A stretch of DNA of 64,000 bases from positions 480,001 through 544,000 of the forward strand of contig OY970166.1 in assembly GCA_963706595.1 (NCBI GenBank), written 5' to 3'. The notes below the pieces were generated by a model, which saw nothing but the letters and a program-made list of their open reading frames with translations, ran no database searches and was not told the DNA's origin. A program made the translations under genes and the position numbers. Positions 53,154-64,000 of the stretch are shown here, in pieces. Position 1 is the stretch's first letter. Each line of letters opens with the position of its first letter. This stretch comes from an uncultured cyanobacterium. Lineage in GTDB: Bacteria > Cyanobacteriota > Cyanobacteriia > Cyanobacteriales > Nostocaceae.

Positions 53154-53510
53154 ACGAAATTTTTAATAGATGTCAATGCTAGTCGCACTTTGGGTAATTG
53201 GTTGCAACAATTAGGTCATGATGTAGTTTTTGTAAGTGACACCAACCCCGAAATGATAGACGAGCATATTTTAGAATGGGCAGTTGCGGAAAAAAGAGTT
53301 ATTGTCACTACAGATAATGATTTTGAACAGATGATTTGGCAGCAACGAAAGCGTCATTGTGGAGTTTTACGTTTAGAAAATTTACCTCGTGAAGCTAGGA
53401 ATGAGTTATTAATAGATACTTTAAACTTATATAGTGAAGATTTGCTTAATGGCAGAATTGTGATTGCTATGAAAAATAAGTTTCGGATTCGTCAGGCTAA
53501 TTTTGAATAG
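53154..53510 (+). CDS. DUF5615 PIN-like toxin with ACG where the ATG is expected
   Basis: (ACG)KFLIDVNAS...GHDV...D..IL.WA..EKRVIVTTDNDF. Confidence 0.8.
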   Translation, partial: TKFLIDVNASRTLGNWLQQLGHDVVFVSDTNPEMIDEHILEWAVAEKRVIVTTDNDFEQMIWQQRKRHCGVLRLENLPREARNELLIDTLNLYSEDLLNGRIVIAMKNKFRIRQANFE

Positions 53511-53829
53511 GTTGATTTGAGATTATGTCAAGTTTATTTACCCAAAAGTTGGAGAGACGCGATAAATCGCCGTCTCTACAGAAAATATATCCGTCAATTA
53601 TTTTTTGACAAAATACTACCCACCACTGACCTCTTGCGGTCTTCTTTGCGCCTTTGCGCCTAACGCACTCCGTGCTAGAGCTTACAGCACGCTACGCGAA
53701 CGCTAGAGCCTCCGGCACGCTGCGCGAACGCTGGTGCGCGAGAAAAAAATATTTTCTTATATTACCGCCAAAACAGAAGTGACACAGTAGCAGGTAGACT
53801 GACAACTAGATAGAATCTGCAAGAAAAAG

Positions 53830-54567
53830 ATGTCAAACACTCCTAAAACCTCGCTGCGAGAACAACAACATCCCTTAATTCATCAACTAGCTGATACCAT
53901 TGAAGCAGTTTGGCATGAACACTTAGAACTATCCCCTTACCATTTACCGGCTGAACTGGGGTATGTAGAAGGAAGACTAGAAGGCGAAAAACTGGTTATC
54001 GAAAATCGCTGCTATCAAACACCCCAATTTCGCAAAATGCACTTAGAACTGGCAAAAGTGGGGAATATGTTGGATATTTTGCATTGTGTGATGTTTCCTC
54101 ACCCAGAATATGACTTACCCATGTTTGGTTGTGACTTAGTGGGAGGTAGAGGTCAAATTAGTGCAGCGATCGCAGACCTATCTCCTGTAGACTTAAATCG
54201 CACCTTACCAGAATTATATAACACCGAACTCACCGCCCTTAAAGAGATGGAATTTTCCCAACCCCGTGATTTACCGGAATGGGGTCATATATTCTCAGAA
54301 TTTTGCCTGTTTGTGCGTCCTGGTTCCCCAGAAGAAGAGACAATGTTTCTGTCTCGCGTCAAAGAAATGTTAGACATTCATTGTACTCAAGCGATCGCCT
54401 CCAGTCCAGTTTCCCCAGAAAAATCGCTGCAAATTATAGCTGGACAACGCAACTACTGTACCAAACAGCAACAAAACGACAAAACCCGCCGAGTATTAGA
54501 AAAAGCCTTTGGTCAAGACTGGGCAGAAAATTACATGACCACAGTATTATTTGATCTCCCAGACTAA
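53830..54567 (+). CDS. pcyA: Phycocyanobilin:ferredoxin oxidoreductase
   Basis: [34 protein letters not shown]. Confidence 0.96.
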   Translation: MSNTPKTSLREQQHPLIHQLADTIEAVWHEHLELSPYHLPAELGYVEGRLEGEKLVIENRCYQTPQFRKMHLELAKVGNMLDILHCVMFPHPEYDLPMFGCDLVGGRGQISAAIADLSPVDLNRTLPELYNTELTALKEMEFSQPRDLPEWGHIFSEFCLFVRPGSPEEETMFLSRVKEMLDIHCTQAIASSPVSPEKSLQIIAGQRNYCTKQQQNDKTRRVLEKAFGQDWAENYMTTVLFDLPD

Positions 54568-54632
54568 AAAGTGCTTTCTTCTTGAGTCAAAACTAATTAA
54601 CTCTCCCCCTATTCCCCTCATCTATCCCATCT

Positions 54633-54674
54633 GTAGGTTCTGTTACGTTTTCCTGTAACTGATGAATGTAGAAT
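54633..54674 (+). promoter_or_regulatory. NtcA-activated class II promoter for devBCA
   Basis: GTA-GGTTCTGT-TAC (54633-54646), 22 nt, then TAGAAT (54669-54674). Confidence 0.8.
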
Positions 54675-55304
54675 TTATTTATTCAATGAGAGTTTAATGG
54701 AGTTAGACAACAGTAGAAAGGTCTGAGAGTAAATATTCTCAATATAAAGGACTACAAACAGACTGACTAATTGGTTCACCAAAAAGTTAAGGAAACTGTA
54801 ATGTTAGGAATCCTCTCTTTGACATATATTTGTAGTAGGTCGTTGACTAATACCATTTCTAAATTATAGCTTGTGTGGTATAGCCATAAATGTGCCTAAT
54901 TAGCCTGTGCAGGCTTTATTTGCGAGTCTGTGGCATTGGTTATGATAGGCAATAAAGCGCATCTATCGGCATTCTACTGAGCGCAAACACCCAATTGGTA
55001 TGACTAAATACCCAATTTTGTAGCAGAAAATTTTTTATTGAAGCTGTTGGTATAGCTTCTAAAAAATTAGCAGAATTGGTCTAAGTTTGAAAAAACACTT
55101 GTGAGATTTTTCTCGCAAATAACGGTTAGCGTGATTATATTTACTAAATTTATACCAGGTTGCCATCAGAAAACCACTGTTGTTTGTTTTTGTTGTTATC
55201 AGCGTGCGAGTTACTAAAAATTGTTTGAATCAATCTAACACCAATTAAAAAAAAGAGTGCAATGGATACAAACCGAGAAAACCAGATAAAATCTAACGCC
55301 TCTT

Positions 55305-55332
55305 AATTACGAATTACGAATTACGAATTACG
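55305..55332. repeat. STRR heptamer (AATTACG)4
   Basis: Four tandem copies upstream of devB. Confidence 0.8.
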
Positions 55333-55413
55333 TTAGCGTAGCTCCTCTGAAAGAGGCATTACGAATTCACCTTTTTACTTCCATAAGCAAAATTCAACAA
55401 ACGGGCAACAACC

Positions 55414-56853
55414 ATGTCAAGGGTGACTGAGAAACCAAGCTCAAAAGAGCTGGTACTTAATCCGGAACAACCTAAGATTTGGTGGGGTATCGCTGTAGCC
55501 CTACCAATTGTCATTGCTGCTGGACTTTTAACTACGGCTAAAGTCGAGCAACTGAAAAAAATAGGCTTGTCTGTACCTGTAAAACCACTTGCCAATAGCA
55601 TTAGTTCCGTGGGGCGTTTGGAACCAAAAGGGGAAGTGTTGAGACTTTCGGCTCCCGCAGCTGGATTGCAATCTTCGTCACGACTTCAGCAACTTTTCGT
55701 GCGTGAAGGTGAGCGAGTCAGAAAAGGTCAAGTGGTGGCGATTTTAGACAACCATGATACCCAACTAGCAGCCCTAGAAGAAGCAAAAGCCAGACTGCAA
55801 GAAGCACGGGCAAATTTAGCTCAAGTCAGAGTCGCCTCACCTAGAGATATTGAAGCACAAACCGCAGTCATTGCTCGCTTACAAGCCCAGTTAAACGGAG
55901 AAAGGGATGCTCAACAAGCGGCAATTGCGCGGATAGCTGCCCAGTTAAGTGGAGAAAAAGTTGCTCAACAAGCAGGTGTTGAACGTTTAGAGGCTGAACT
56001 CAGAGGACAACAAGAAAACTTAAGAGCAACTGTGGCTCGCATCCAAGCCGAACAGCGTGATGCTCAAGTTGATGCTGGACGGTATGATTTTTTATACGGT
56101 GAGGGTGCGATTTCCCAGCAAGAACGGGATACCAGAAGACTCAGAGCGCAAACTGCTAATCAGCAAGTTCGAGAAACTCAAGCTAGCCTGCGAAAGGCGC
56201 AGGAGACTATACGACAACAACTAGCCGAGGCTAGAGCTACTCAGGTACAAACTATTGCCACTTTGCAACAACAGCTAGTTGAAGCTAGAGTGACTCGTGA
56301 TCAAACTATCAGGACTTTGCAAAGTCAAATTAACGAAGAACAAGCTAGATTGAGCCGAATTCAAGACTTTCGTCCGACTGATATTCAGAGGGGACAAGCT
56401 CAAGTTAGTAATGCGATCGCTAATGTGAAAAGAGCCGAAGCCGAACTAAAATTAAGCTACGTTCAAGCGCCAATTGCTGGAGAAATTCTGGCAGTTCACA
56501 CCAAATCAGGAGAATCTATCAGTGCAAGTGGCATTGCTGAGATTGGCGAAACCAATCAAATGACCGTTGTCGCTGAAGTCCCCGAAGATACTATTTCTCA
56601 AGTCCGTATAGGTCAAACTGCGACTGTCACCAGTGAAAATGGCGCATTTACCGGGGAATTAACCGGAACTGTCACTGAAATTGGCAGAAAAATTGGCAAA
56701 AAAGATGTCTTGAGTACAGATCCTGTAGCAGATGTAGACGCTAGAGTTGTGGAAGTCAAAATTACCTTAACTCCAGAAGATAGTCAGAAAGTTTCTGGTT
56801 TTACTAATGCTAAGGTACTGGCTCAAATTAATAAAGGATCAAATTCTGATTGA
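55414..56853 (+). CDS. devB: Heterocyst glycolipid exporter membrane fusion protein DevB
   Basis: GRLEPKGEV, long coiled coil, D.DARVVEVKI; pcyA-devBCA synteny. Confidence 0.9.
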   Translation: MSRVTEKPSSKELVLNPEQPKIWWGIAVALPIVIAAGLLTTAKVEQLKKIGLSVPVKPLANSISSVGRLEPKGEVLRLSAPAAGLQSSSRLQQLFVREGERVRKGQVVAILDNHDTQLAALEEAKARLQEARANLAQVRVASPRDIEAQTAVIARLQAQLNGERDAQQAAIARIAAQLSGEKVAQQAGVERLEAELRGQQENLRATVARIQAEQRDAQVDAGRYDFLYGEGAISQQERDTRRLRAQTANQQVRETQASLRKAQETIRQQLAEARATQVQTIATLQQQLVEARVTRDQTIRTLQSQINEEQARLSRIQDFRPTDIQRGQAQVSNAIANVKRAEAELKLSYVQAPIAGEILAVHTKSGESISASGIAEIGETNQMTVVAEVPEDTISQVRIGQTATVTSENGAFTGELTGTVTEIGRKIGKKDVLSTDPVADVDARVVEVKITLTPEDSQKVSGFTNAKVLAQINKGSNSD

Positions 56854-56973
56854 GCATCAATACCAATCGGAAAAAAGAATTTGACTAAAACCAAATTTTA
56901 GATTTTGGATGAAATATTCCCATCCAAAATTTAAACTTGAATTGCTTTCTTAATTACGAATTACGCCTAAATA

Positions 56974-58127
56974 ATGACTCGTAAAATACCCTTATCTTGG
57001 CTACAACTGACCAGGGACAAAAGTCGCCTAGCCGTGGCGCTGGCAGGAATTGCCTTTGCCGATATTCTGATGTTTATGCAAATTGGTTTTCGGGATGCAC
57101 TCTATTATAGTAACGTGCGGTTACATGGTAGCTTAAAAGGTGACATCGTTTTAATTAATCAGCAATCTAATGCGTTGCTAGCAATGCAAACCTTTTCTCA
57201 AAGAAGGTTGTATAAAGCTTTAGAATTAGAAGCAATAGAATCGGTACATCCAATATATTTAGATTATACAACGTGGAGAAATCCGGTAACAGGTCGTCCT
57301 CGGAGTATTCTGATATTTGGCATGAATCCAGAAACTAATTTATTTGATTTGCCGGGTATGGAGGAGAACTTAGATAAGTTAAGACTACCTGATGTGGTTT
57401 TATTTGATAGTTCTTCTAGAGAAGAATATGGACCAATTGCTTCTGAGGTAGGGAAAGGAAATACTTTAACAGCAGAGGTACAAAGAAGACGAGTTAAAAT
57501 AGATGGCCTCTTTACTTTAGGTGCATCTTTTGGCGCTGATGGTAACTTAATTACCAGTGATGTTAATTTTTTGAGGATATTCGCCAACCGTCAGCGAGGT
57601 TTAATTGATATTGGTTTAATTCGATTAAAACCCGGACAAAATGCTGAGATTGTTGCCCAACAATTGCGGGAATATTTACCTCAAGATATCAATGTTTTAA
57701 CCAAACAAGAGTTTATTGATTTTGAGCGCAATTACTGGGCAAGTAGTACAGCGATTGGATTTATCTTCACTTTAGGCACAATCATGGGTTTTATTGTGGG
57801 GACTGTGATTGTTTATCAAATCCTTTATACAGAAGTTTCTGATCACTTATCAGAGTATGCTACTTTGAAGGCAATAGGTTACACACAAAACTACTTATTG
57901 ACTGTTATACTCCAAGAAGCATTGCTATTAGCTTGCTTAGGATATATTCCAGGATGGATTGTGGCGATGTTTATGTACTCCAGTGCTAGAGATGCTACAC
58001 TACTACCAATCTTCATGAGCTATGAACGGGCAATCACTGTGTTAATTTTAACTATAATTATGTGTTTTGTTTCGGCGCGATCGCAGTACGTAAATTACGT
58101 TCCGCCGATCCAGCAGATATCTTCTAA
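56974..58127 (+). CDS. devC: DevC ABC permease; 1-nt deletion near 58073 obscures the true C-terminus
   Basis: GIAFADILMFMQ, VIVYQILYT; adding one base gives VSGAIAVRKLRSADPADIF* ending 58127. Confidence 0.9.
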
Positions 58128-58341
58128 CAGTCAACAATTACAAATTAAATCGGAATTTTAAATGTTGATCGAGAAGTTGGATTTACAATTTATGAATGAT
58201 ATATATTTATGATTTACAGGCACTGCTACAGCATGGCGTAGAGGATACTATTTGCCAAAATTCAAAATTGCCAAATCCAAGATTTTTGATTTTTGATTTG
58301 GGACAAACGCCTAGCGGTACTACTAACACCTAATTACCCAC

Positions 58342-59061
58342 TTGAATATGAAACAAGAACCTGTAATTGCCATAAAACATCTTAACCACTACTATGGCAA
58401 AGGCGCACTCAAGAAACAGATATTATTTGACATTAATCTAGAAGTTTATCCTGGAGAAATTGTCATTATGACTGGTCCATCAGGTTCAGGTAAAACAACA
58501 TTACTCAGCTTGATTGGTGGGTTGCGGTCTGTACAAGAGGGCAGTCTCAAGTTTTTAGGTGTAGAAATGTTTGGTGCTAGTCAGAATAGACTAGTGCAAA
58601 TTCGGCGGAATATTGGTTATATTTTTCAAGCTCACAATTTGTTGGGTTTCTTAAGTGCCACCCAAAATGTGCAGATGGCGGTGGAATTAAATAACAACAT
58701 GACGGCAAATGAAGCCATTGCTAAGTCACAAGCCATGCTGGGGGCGGTTGGTTTACAGGACAAAGTGACTTACTACCCAGAAAGCCTTTCTGGCGGACAA
58801 AAACAAAGAATTGCGATCGCCCGCGCCCTAGTAAATAGTCCCCCACTGGTACTAGCTGATGAACCAACAGCAGCTTTAGACAAACAATCAGGACGCGATG
58901 TTGTGGAAATCATGCAGGGACTTGCTAAAGAACAAGGAACTTCTATCTTGCTAGTGACTCACGATAACCGCATCTTGGACATAGCTGATCGCATCGTTGA
59001 AATGGAAGATGGTCTGTTAACCCGTGATTCCCAAAGTGCAGCCATCGGCGAAAAACCATAA
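58342..59061 (+). CDS. devA: DevA ABC ATPase
   Basis: GPSGSGKTT, LSGGQKQR, LADEPTAALD; start may be ATG 58348. Confidence 0.92.
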   Translation: MNMKQEPVIAIKHLNHYYGKGALKKQILFDINLEVYPGEIVIMTGPSGSGKTTLLSLIGGLRSVQEGSLKFLGVEMFGASQNRLVQIRRNIGYIFQAHNLLGFLSATQNVQMAVELNNNMTANEAIAKSQAMLGAVGLQDKVTYYPESLSGGQKQRIAIARALVNSPPLVLADEPTAALDKQSGRDVVEIMQGLAKEQGTSILLVTHDNRILDIADRIVEMEDGLLTRDSQSAAIGEKP

Positions 59062-59105
59062 TTCGTCACTCATAACCATATTGCAGCTGCCTGAACTTAA
59101 AACTA

Positions 59106-59924
59106 CTATCTAGCAGAACCGGATCTTTTCACATCAGAAGGCTTCGGTGGTACAGCTATATTTGGTTGGCGATTTGTGCGAAAAGTTACATTCACGCCTT
59201 CATTCGATTGTTCTAGCACTAATAGAGGCGTAGGTTTAGCCTTTTGATCCCAATGCATCGAGGCAATCCGTCCTTGAATTGTCGGTTGCCAACTATCCTC
59301 ACCTTCTACGGGGCTAAGATAAGTTTCAATACAGTCAATAATTTGGCTAATAGTGGCAGAAGTCGCTTGTGTTGGTAACTTGACTAACCGGATTTGAATC
59401 CGAAACAGCACTCGTTTCGCTATCTTTGCACCAACACCAGCCTCATATTCCACATCAAAAATTTCATCTATTTGCCGTCCAGTGGTACTAGCAATACCGA
59501 CAATTCCTTGGTGGGCTTGATTTGGACGTAGTGCTTGAGATATTTTATCCTTGACCTGGATTTTAATTTGATTCAAAATCGCAAAGTGAAACACCTCTTC
59601 TGACATCCGCATTCGCAGATAATCTAAGTTAAAATCCCGTGAATTCACTAAGTCGGGATTAGTTTCCATTTTGCGAATAGTTTCCAGCGCTAGTTTAAAC
59701 TTTTTTTCTAATTCTTGCGCCCGGAATTTCTCAAATTTGACTCTTTTCTCTAACTTATCTACCTGAAGTTTGCCATAAACGCTCAAAGCAACCACCGCTA
59801 AAGCCAGTCCAGTAGAGGTGATCACTGAAAATGGTGGTGCTTGGATTTGACTTGTTACTATTTCTTGGGAAACGTTAGTGGTGTTTGTTACAGAAGATTG
59901 GGCAATCAACGTTGAAGTTAGCAT
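59106..59924 (-). CDS. Conserved hypothetical membrane-anchored protein
   Basis: 272 aa ORF, one TM segment followed by a coiled coil. Confidence 0.72.
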   Translation of the reverse strand: MLTSTLIAQSSVTNTTNVSQEIVTSQIQAPPFSVITSTGLALAVVALSVYGKLQVDKLEKRVKFEKFRAQELEKKFKLALETIRKMETNPDLVNSRDFNLDYLRMRMSEEVFHFAILNQIKIQVKDKISQALRPNQAHQGIVGIASTTGRQIDEIFDVEYEAGVGAKIAKRVLFRIQIRLVKLPTQATSATISQIIDCIETYLSPVEGEDSWQPTIQGRIASMHWDQKAKPTPLLVLEQSNEGVNVTFRTNRQPNIAVPPKPSDVKRSGSAR

Positions 59925-60031
59925 GATGGGGAATTATAAACAAAGAACTACTTGACTGATTATTTTTAGGATGCCCAAATCCTGAATCCTATTTAGCTGT
60001 ATGATTACTATTTTTTACAGCTGACCTAAAA

Positions 60032-60856
60032 TTGTATATGTACAGTCATCCAAACTTCCCTGTTGGACATCCACTCAGTCTAAAACAACTTTCTGAGGCT
60101 TCATTCCGGAATATTCGCCTAATTGCCACAGATATGGATGGTACGCTGACTAAAAGCGGCAAATTTTCAGCTACATTGCTGCAAGCTTTAGAAGATTTAG
60201 CAACTGCTGGGATAAAAGTATTAATTGTTACTGGACGTTCGGCTGGGTGGATGAGTGGATTGAGTAACTTGATGCCTGTGGTTGGGGCGATCGCTGAAAA
60301 CGGTGGTCTGTTCTATCCATCAGGGTATGATCAACCAATCACTTTAACACCCATACCTGACCTAGAAGCCCATCGCCAGAGTTTAGGTGTGGCTTTTGAA
60401 GAATTAAAAACCAAATTTCCTCAAATCCAGGAATCAGCCGACAATCGTTTTCGTGTCACCGATTGGACATTTGATGTCGCGGCTTTGAATCCCAAGGAAT
60501 TACAAATACTGAGTCATCTTTGTGAAGAAATGGGTTGGGGATTTACTTACAGTAATGTGCAGTGTCACATTAAACCCCAAGGGCAAGATAAGGCTGTAGG
60601 GTTATTACAAGTGTTGCGAGAATACTTCCCTGAATTTTCACCAGCACAAGTCCTGACGGTGGGTGATAGTCCCAATGATGAAAGTTTATTTAATCAAGAT
60701 CATTTTTCGCTCTCTGTAGGTGTAGCGAATGTCTTGAAATATGCCAATCAGTTGCAACATCAACCCACTTATCTGACTACGGCGGCTGAAGGAGAAGGAT
60801 TTTGTGAGTTATGCAATTATATTTTGCAAGGAGAGAAAATACAGCAAAAAATTTAA
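60032..60856 (+). CDS. HAD-IIB family hydrolase
   Basis: DMDGTLT, TGR, K, VGDSPND. Confidence 0.9.
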   Translation: MYMYSHPNFPVGHPLSLKQLSEASFRNIRLIATDMDGTLTKSGKFSATLLQALEDLATAGIKVLIVTGRSAGWMSGLSNLMPVVGAIAENGGLFYPSGYDQPITLTPIPDLEAHRQSLGVAFEELKTKFPQIQESADNRFRVTDWTFDVAALNPKELQILSHLCEEMGWGFTYSNVQCHIKPQGQDKAVGLLQVLREYFPEFSPAQVLTVGDSPNDESLFNQDHFSLSVGVANVLKYANQLQHQPTYLTTAAEGEGFCELCNYILQGEKIQQKI

Positions 60857-61520
60857 TCTGTCGCGCAAGTCCCCACTTTCAATGTACTTATTCGGTGTAA
60901 GCATCCATTTCTACCCTTTCCTTACACCTTAGTTTTCGGAATTTATGATCTTTTTTACTTAAATTTGCTGGAGTTTGAAGAATTTTTTGACATTTAATTA
61001 AGTTTATAATAGTTAACAACAGTCTTAAGAAAGATGTAACTCATAAATAGTTGCCAGCGAGGACGCATTGGGGGTAGGTTAGTAAAAGTGTTAGATTAGC
61101 CCGATTTTGGGGAACTATATATCGAAGAGTATCATCACTCAAGTAGGTAACATCATATTTTGTACCTAATGATTAAAATTATGGTTACCCGAACAACACC
61201 TGCCCACCCAGGGTACGAAATCCTTGATTTCTGGTAGTCCGTACCTGTTGACTTTGTTTATTTAACCAAACTTGTGCAATGAGTGAGTCCAGTCTTTTGC
61301 CCAGGGGAGAGCCTAGCGCCAAGGAAATTTCTTCCACCAGGAGTAACTTCCGGCATCTGTAATTACTACTTGAATGGTGAAGGGGATTTCCCCTGTAAGC
61401 TGAATCAATACGACTTCCAGTCATTTGAGCTTAGTGCCATAGTTGAGTAATGCCTGAATAGTTAGGCAATATCTGTAATGTTGATTATTCCTAAAATCTA
61501 ATCTAGATTAAAAGTTATTT

Positions 61521-64000
61521 ATGTCAGTCCATGAAAGTAGTTTTGGGGAGAACGCAGATTTAATTATTGGTATTAGTAACCAAGACAATTACTATTTGCC
61601 ACCAAATTCTACTCCTGTAGGTAATTTGGTGAGAAAAAAAGGAACCATTTCGAGATTTCTCGCTCCCTTGACTCAGGACACCTTTAAACAAGTTGTTACC
61701 GAAGTCGAGCAAAAATTGCAGATTGTGCATCAAACCCTATCAATGCTAGATTCTCAAGGGTTTGAAACAATTCTCCAAGAAATGTTGCATTCGATTACCT
61801 TCAAAACAGGAGAGTTACTAGGAGCAGACCGGACAACGATATTCCTATTAGATGAAGATAAACAAGAACTTTGGTCAACTTTAGCTGAGGGAGAAGGAGA
61901 AGCATCTCTAGAAATTCGGATTCCAGCCGATAAAGGTATTGCAGGCGAAGTCGCTACGTTCAAAAAAGTCATAAATATTCCGTTTGATTTTTATCAAGAT
62001 CCGCGTTCGGTATTTGCTCAAGAACAAGAAAAAAAAACCGGCTATCGTACTTACACAATGCTGGCGTTGCCACTCTTGAATGAAGACGGAAAATTAGTGG
62101 CCGTAGTACAATTACTGAATAAATTAAAATCGTCAAATAATGCCAATGATCCGCTTGGTGAACGTGTTGATACTGAAGGTTTTAGCAAGGCTGACGAACA
62201 ATTATTTCAAGAATTTGCGCCTTCAATTCGATTAATTTTAGAGTCGTCGCGTTCGTTTTATATGGCGACTCAAAAACAGAGAGCCTTAGCGGCGTTGATG
62301 AAAGCGATCAAGTCTCTGAGTCAAAGCAGTCTGGACTTAGAAGATACCCTGAAGCGGGTGATGGCAGAAGCGAAGGAACTGATGAATGCTGATCGCAGTA
62401 CCCTATGGCTGATAGATCGCGATCGCCATGAATTATGGACTAAGATTACCCAGGATGATGGTTCGATCAGGGAGTTGCGAGTCCCCATAGGTAAAGGTTT
62501 TGCGGGGATGGTAGCTGCATCTGGGCAAAAACTAAATATTCCCTTTGACTTATATAACCATGCTGACTCAGATACAGCCAAACAAATGGATCAGCAAAAT
62601 GGCTATCGGACTTGCAGTTTACTCTGTATGCCAGTATTTAATGCTGATCAGGAATTGATTGGGGTGACTCAATTAGTCAATAAAAAGAAATCAGGGGATT
62701 TTCCGCCATACAATCCGGCTATTTGGCCCAAAGCGCCTGAATGCTTCCAAGCTAGTTTTGACCGCAACGATGAAGAGTTTATGGAAGCTTTTAATATTCA
62801 AGCCGGTGTGGCGCTGCAAAATGCTCAGTTGTTTGCCACAGTCAAGCAACAAGAACAAATGCAACGGGATATTTTGCGTAGTCTTTCTAATGGTGTAATT
62901 TCTACAGATAAAGCTGGGTTAATTATTACTGCCAATGAAAGTGCCAAACACTTGTTAGGCTTAGAACCCGATGACCGTTTAGAAGGTCAATTAATTACTG
63001 AAGCGATCGCCATTAAAGAAGGTGATTTTAGCAAATGGTATCAAGACGCTTTAGAAGCCAATGATGTCAAGATTACTCAGCAATATTACCCTGATCGGAC
63101 ACTGGTGAGTGATGGCGTAGAACTACACAGTATTAATTTGTCCATCAACACCATTGCTGATGTTAGCGACCCACAGCAAGTCCGGGGGGCGCTGGTGGTC
63201 ATGGAAGATATCAGCGATGAAAAGCGCCTCAAGAGTACGATGTACCGCTACATGACTCAGGAATTAGCCGAAGAATTACTGAAACTGGATGATGCTAAAC
63301 TAGGAGGCGATCGCAAAGAAGTTTCCATTTTATTTTCCGATATTCGCGGTTACACCACTTTGACAGAAAATTTGGAAGCAGAAGAAGTGGTGAATATGCT
63401 CAACGACTATTTTGAATCAATGGTAGAAGCGGTGTTTAAGCATAAAGGCACTCTCGATAAATATATCGGGGATGCGATTATGGCTGTCTTTGGTTCCCCT
63501 CTACCTTTGGAAAACCACGCTTGGATGGCTGTGCAAACAGCAGTAGAAATGCGTCATCGCTTACTGGAATTTAATCAACGTCGCCACGCTGCTGGTCAGC
63601 CCAGAATTAAGATCGGCATTGGGGTCAATTCTGATACTGTGATCAGTGGCAATATCGGTTCCAGTAAGCGAATGGAATTTACAGCCATTGGTGATGGCGT
63701 TAACCTTGGTTCCCGATTAGAAAGCATTAGTAAACAGTACGGTTGTGACATTATTCTCAGTGATAATACCTTTCAACCTTGTCGAGACCAAATTTGGGCT
63801 AGAGAATTAGACTACATTCGCGTCAAAGGCAGAAATGAGCCAGTAGCTATTTACGAATTAGTAGGTTTGCGTTCTGATCCCGTTAATAGCGAAAAATTAC
63901 AAGTAATTGAGTATTATCACAAAGGACGCGAGTATTACCTCAATCGCCAGTTTTCCTATGCTAGAGCGGAGTTTGCCAAAGTTTTGGGAGTTGACAACCA
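61521..64000 (+). CDS. cyaB2: GAF-GAF-PAS class III adenylate cyclase (runs off the window; not in the ORF track)
   Basis: MSVHESSFGE...FLAPLTQDTFKQVV, ADRTTIFL, NK...DE..F GAF motifs, FSDIRGYT, DKYIGDA, GDGVNLGSRLE. Confidence 0.9.
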   Translation, partial: MSVHESSFGENADLIIGISNQDNYYLPPNSTPVGNLVRKKGTISRFLAPLTQDTFKQVVTEVEQKLQIVHQTLSMLDSQGFETILQEMLHSITFKTGELLGADRTTIFLLDEDKQELWSTLAEGEGEASLEIRIPADKGIAGEVATFKKVINIPFDFYQDPRSVFAQEQEKKTGYRTYTMLALPLLNEDGKLVAVVQLLNKLKSSNNANDPLGERVDTEGFSKADEQLFQEFAPSIRLILESSRSFYMATQKQRALAALMKAIKSLSQSSLDLEDTLKRVMAEAKELMNADRSTLWLIDRDRHELWTKITQDDGSIRELRVPIGKGFAGMVAASGQKLNIPFDLYNHADSDTAKQMDQQNGYRTCSLLCMPVFNADQELIGVTQLVNKKKSGDFPPYNPAIWPKAPECFQASFDRNDEEFMEAFNIQAGVALQNAQLFATVKQQEQMQRDILRSLSNGVISTDKAGLIITANESAKHLLGLEPDDRLEGQLITEAIAIKEGDFSKWYQDALEANDVKITQQYYPDRTLVSDGVELHSINLSINTIADVSDPQQVRGALVVMEDISDEKRLKSTMYRYMTQELAEELLKLDDAKLGGDRKEVSILFSDIRGYTTLTENLEAEEVVNMLNDYFESMVEAVFKHKGTLDKYIGDAIMAVFGSPLPLENHAWMAVQTAVEMRHRLLEFNQRRHAAGQPRIKIGIGVNSDTVISGNIGSSKRMEFTAIGDGVNLGSRLESISKQYGCDIILSDNTFQPCRDQIWARELDYIRVKGRNEPVAIYELVGLRSDPVNSEKLQVIEYYHKGREYYLNRQFSYARAEFAKVLGVDN

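Overview
Chromosomal window from a heterocyst-forming cyanobacterium (Nostocales), judged from abundant HIP1 GCGATCGC sites, STRR heptamers, acsF, pcyA, psbP, nifJ and devBCA with an NtcA promoter. Housekeeping and metabolic genes include thrC-like + MoaD, invA, ffs, queF, ccsB/ccdA, glpK, rbp-rpsU, ftsH, fecCDE-like genes and a truncated cyaB2. Accessory DNA is interspersed: (i) an IS607-type TnpB element with a small RHH gene but no recombinase, inserted at a GG/CC dinucleotide in a signal peptide, where precise removal restores the host frame; (ii) a non-coding IS200/IS605 mini-element with an internal promoter facing its right end (candidate stand-alone omega-RNA); (iii) an IS630 followed by two tandem MITEs built from its own ends; (iv) an orphan 16-repeat type I-D-like CRISPR array; (v) five TA modules plus an AbiTii-like gene; (vi) two double-glycine-leader peptides, one ahead of a Rieske oxygenase and a TauD-family dioxygenase (candidate undescribed RiPP locus). 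The frameshifts in thrC and devC both abut HIP1 sites and are probably sequencing errors. All family assignments come from motif recognition; no searches were run.
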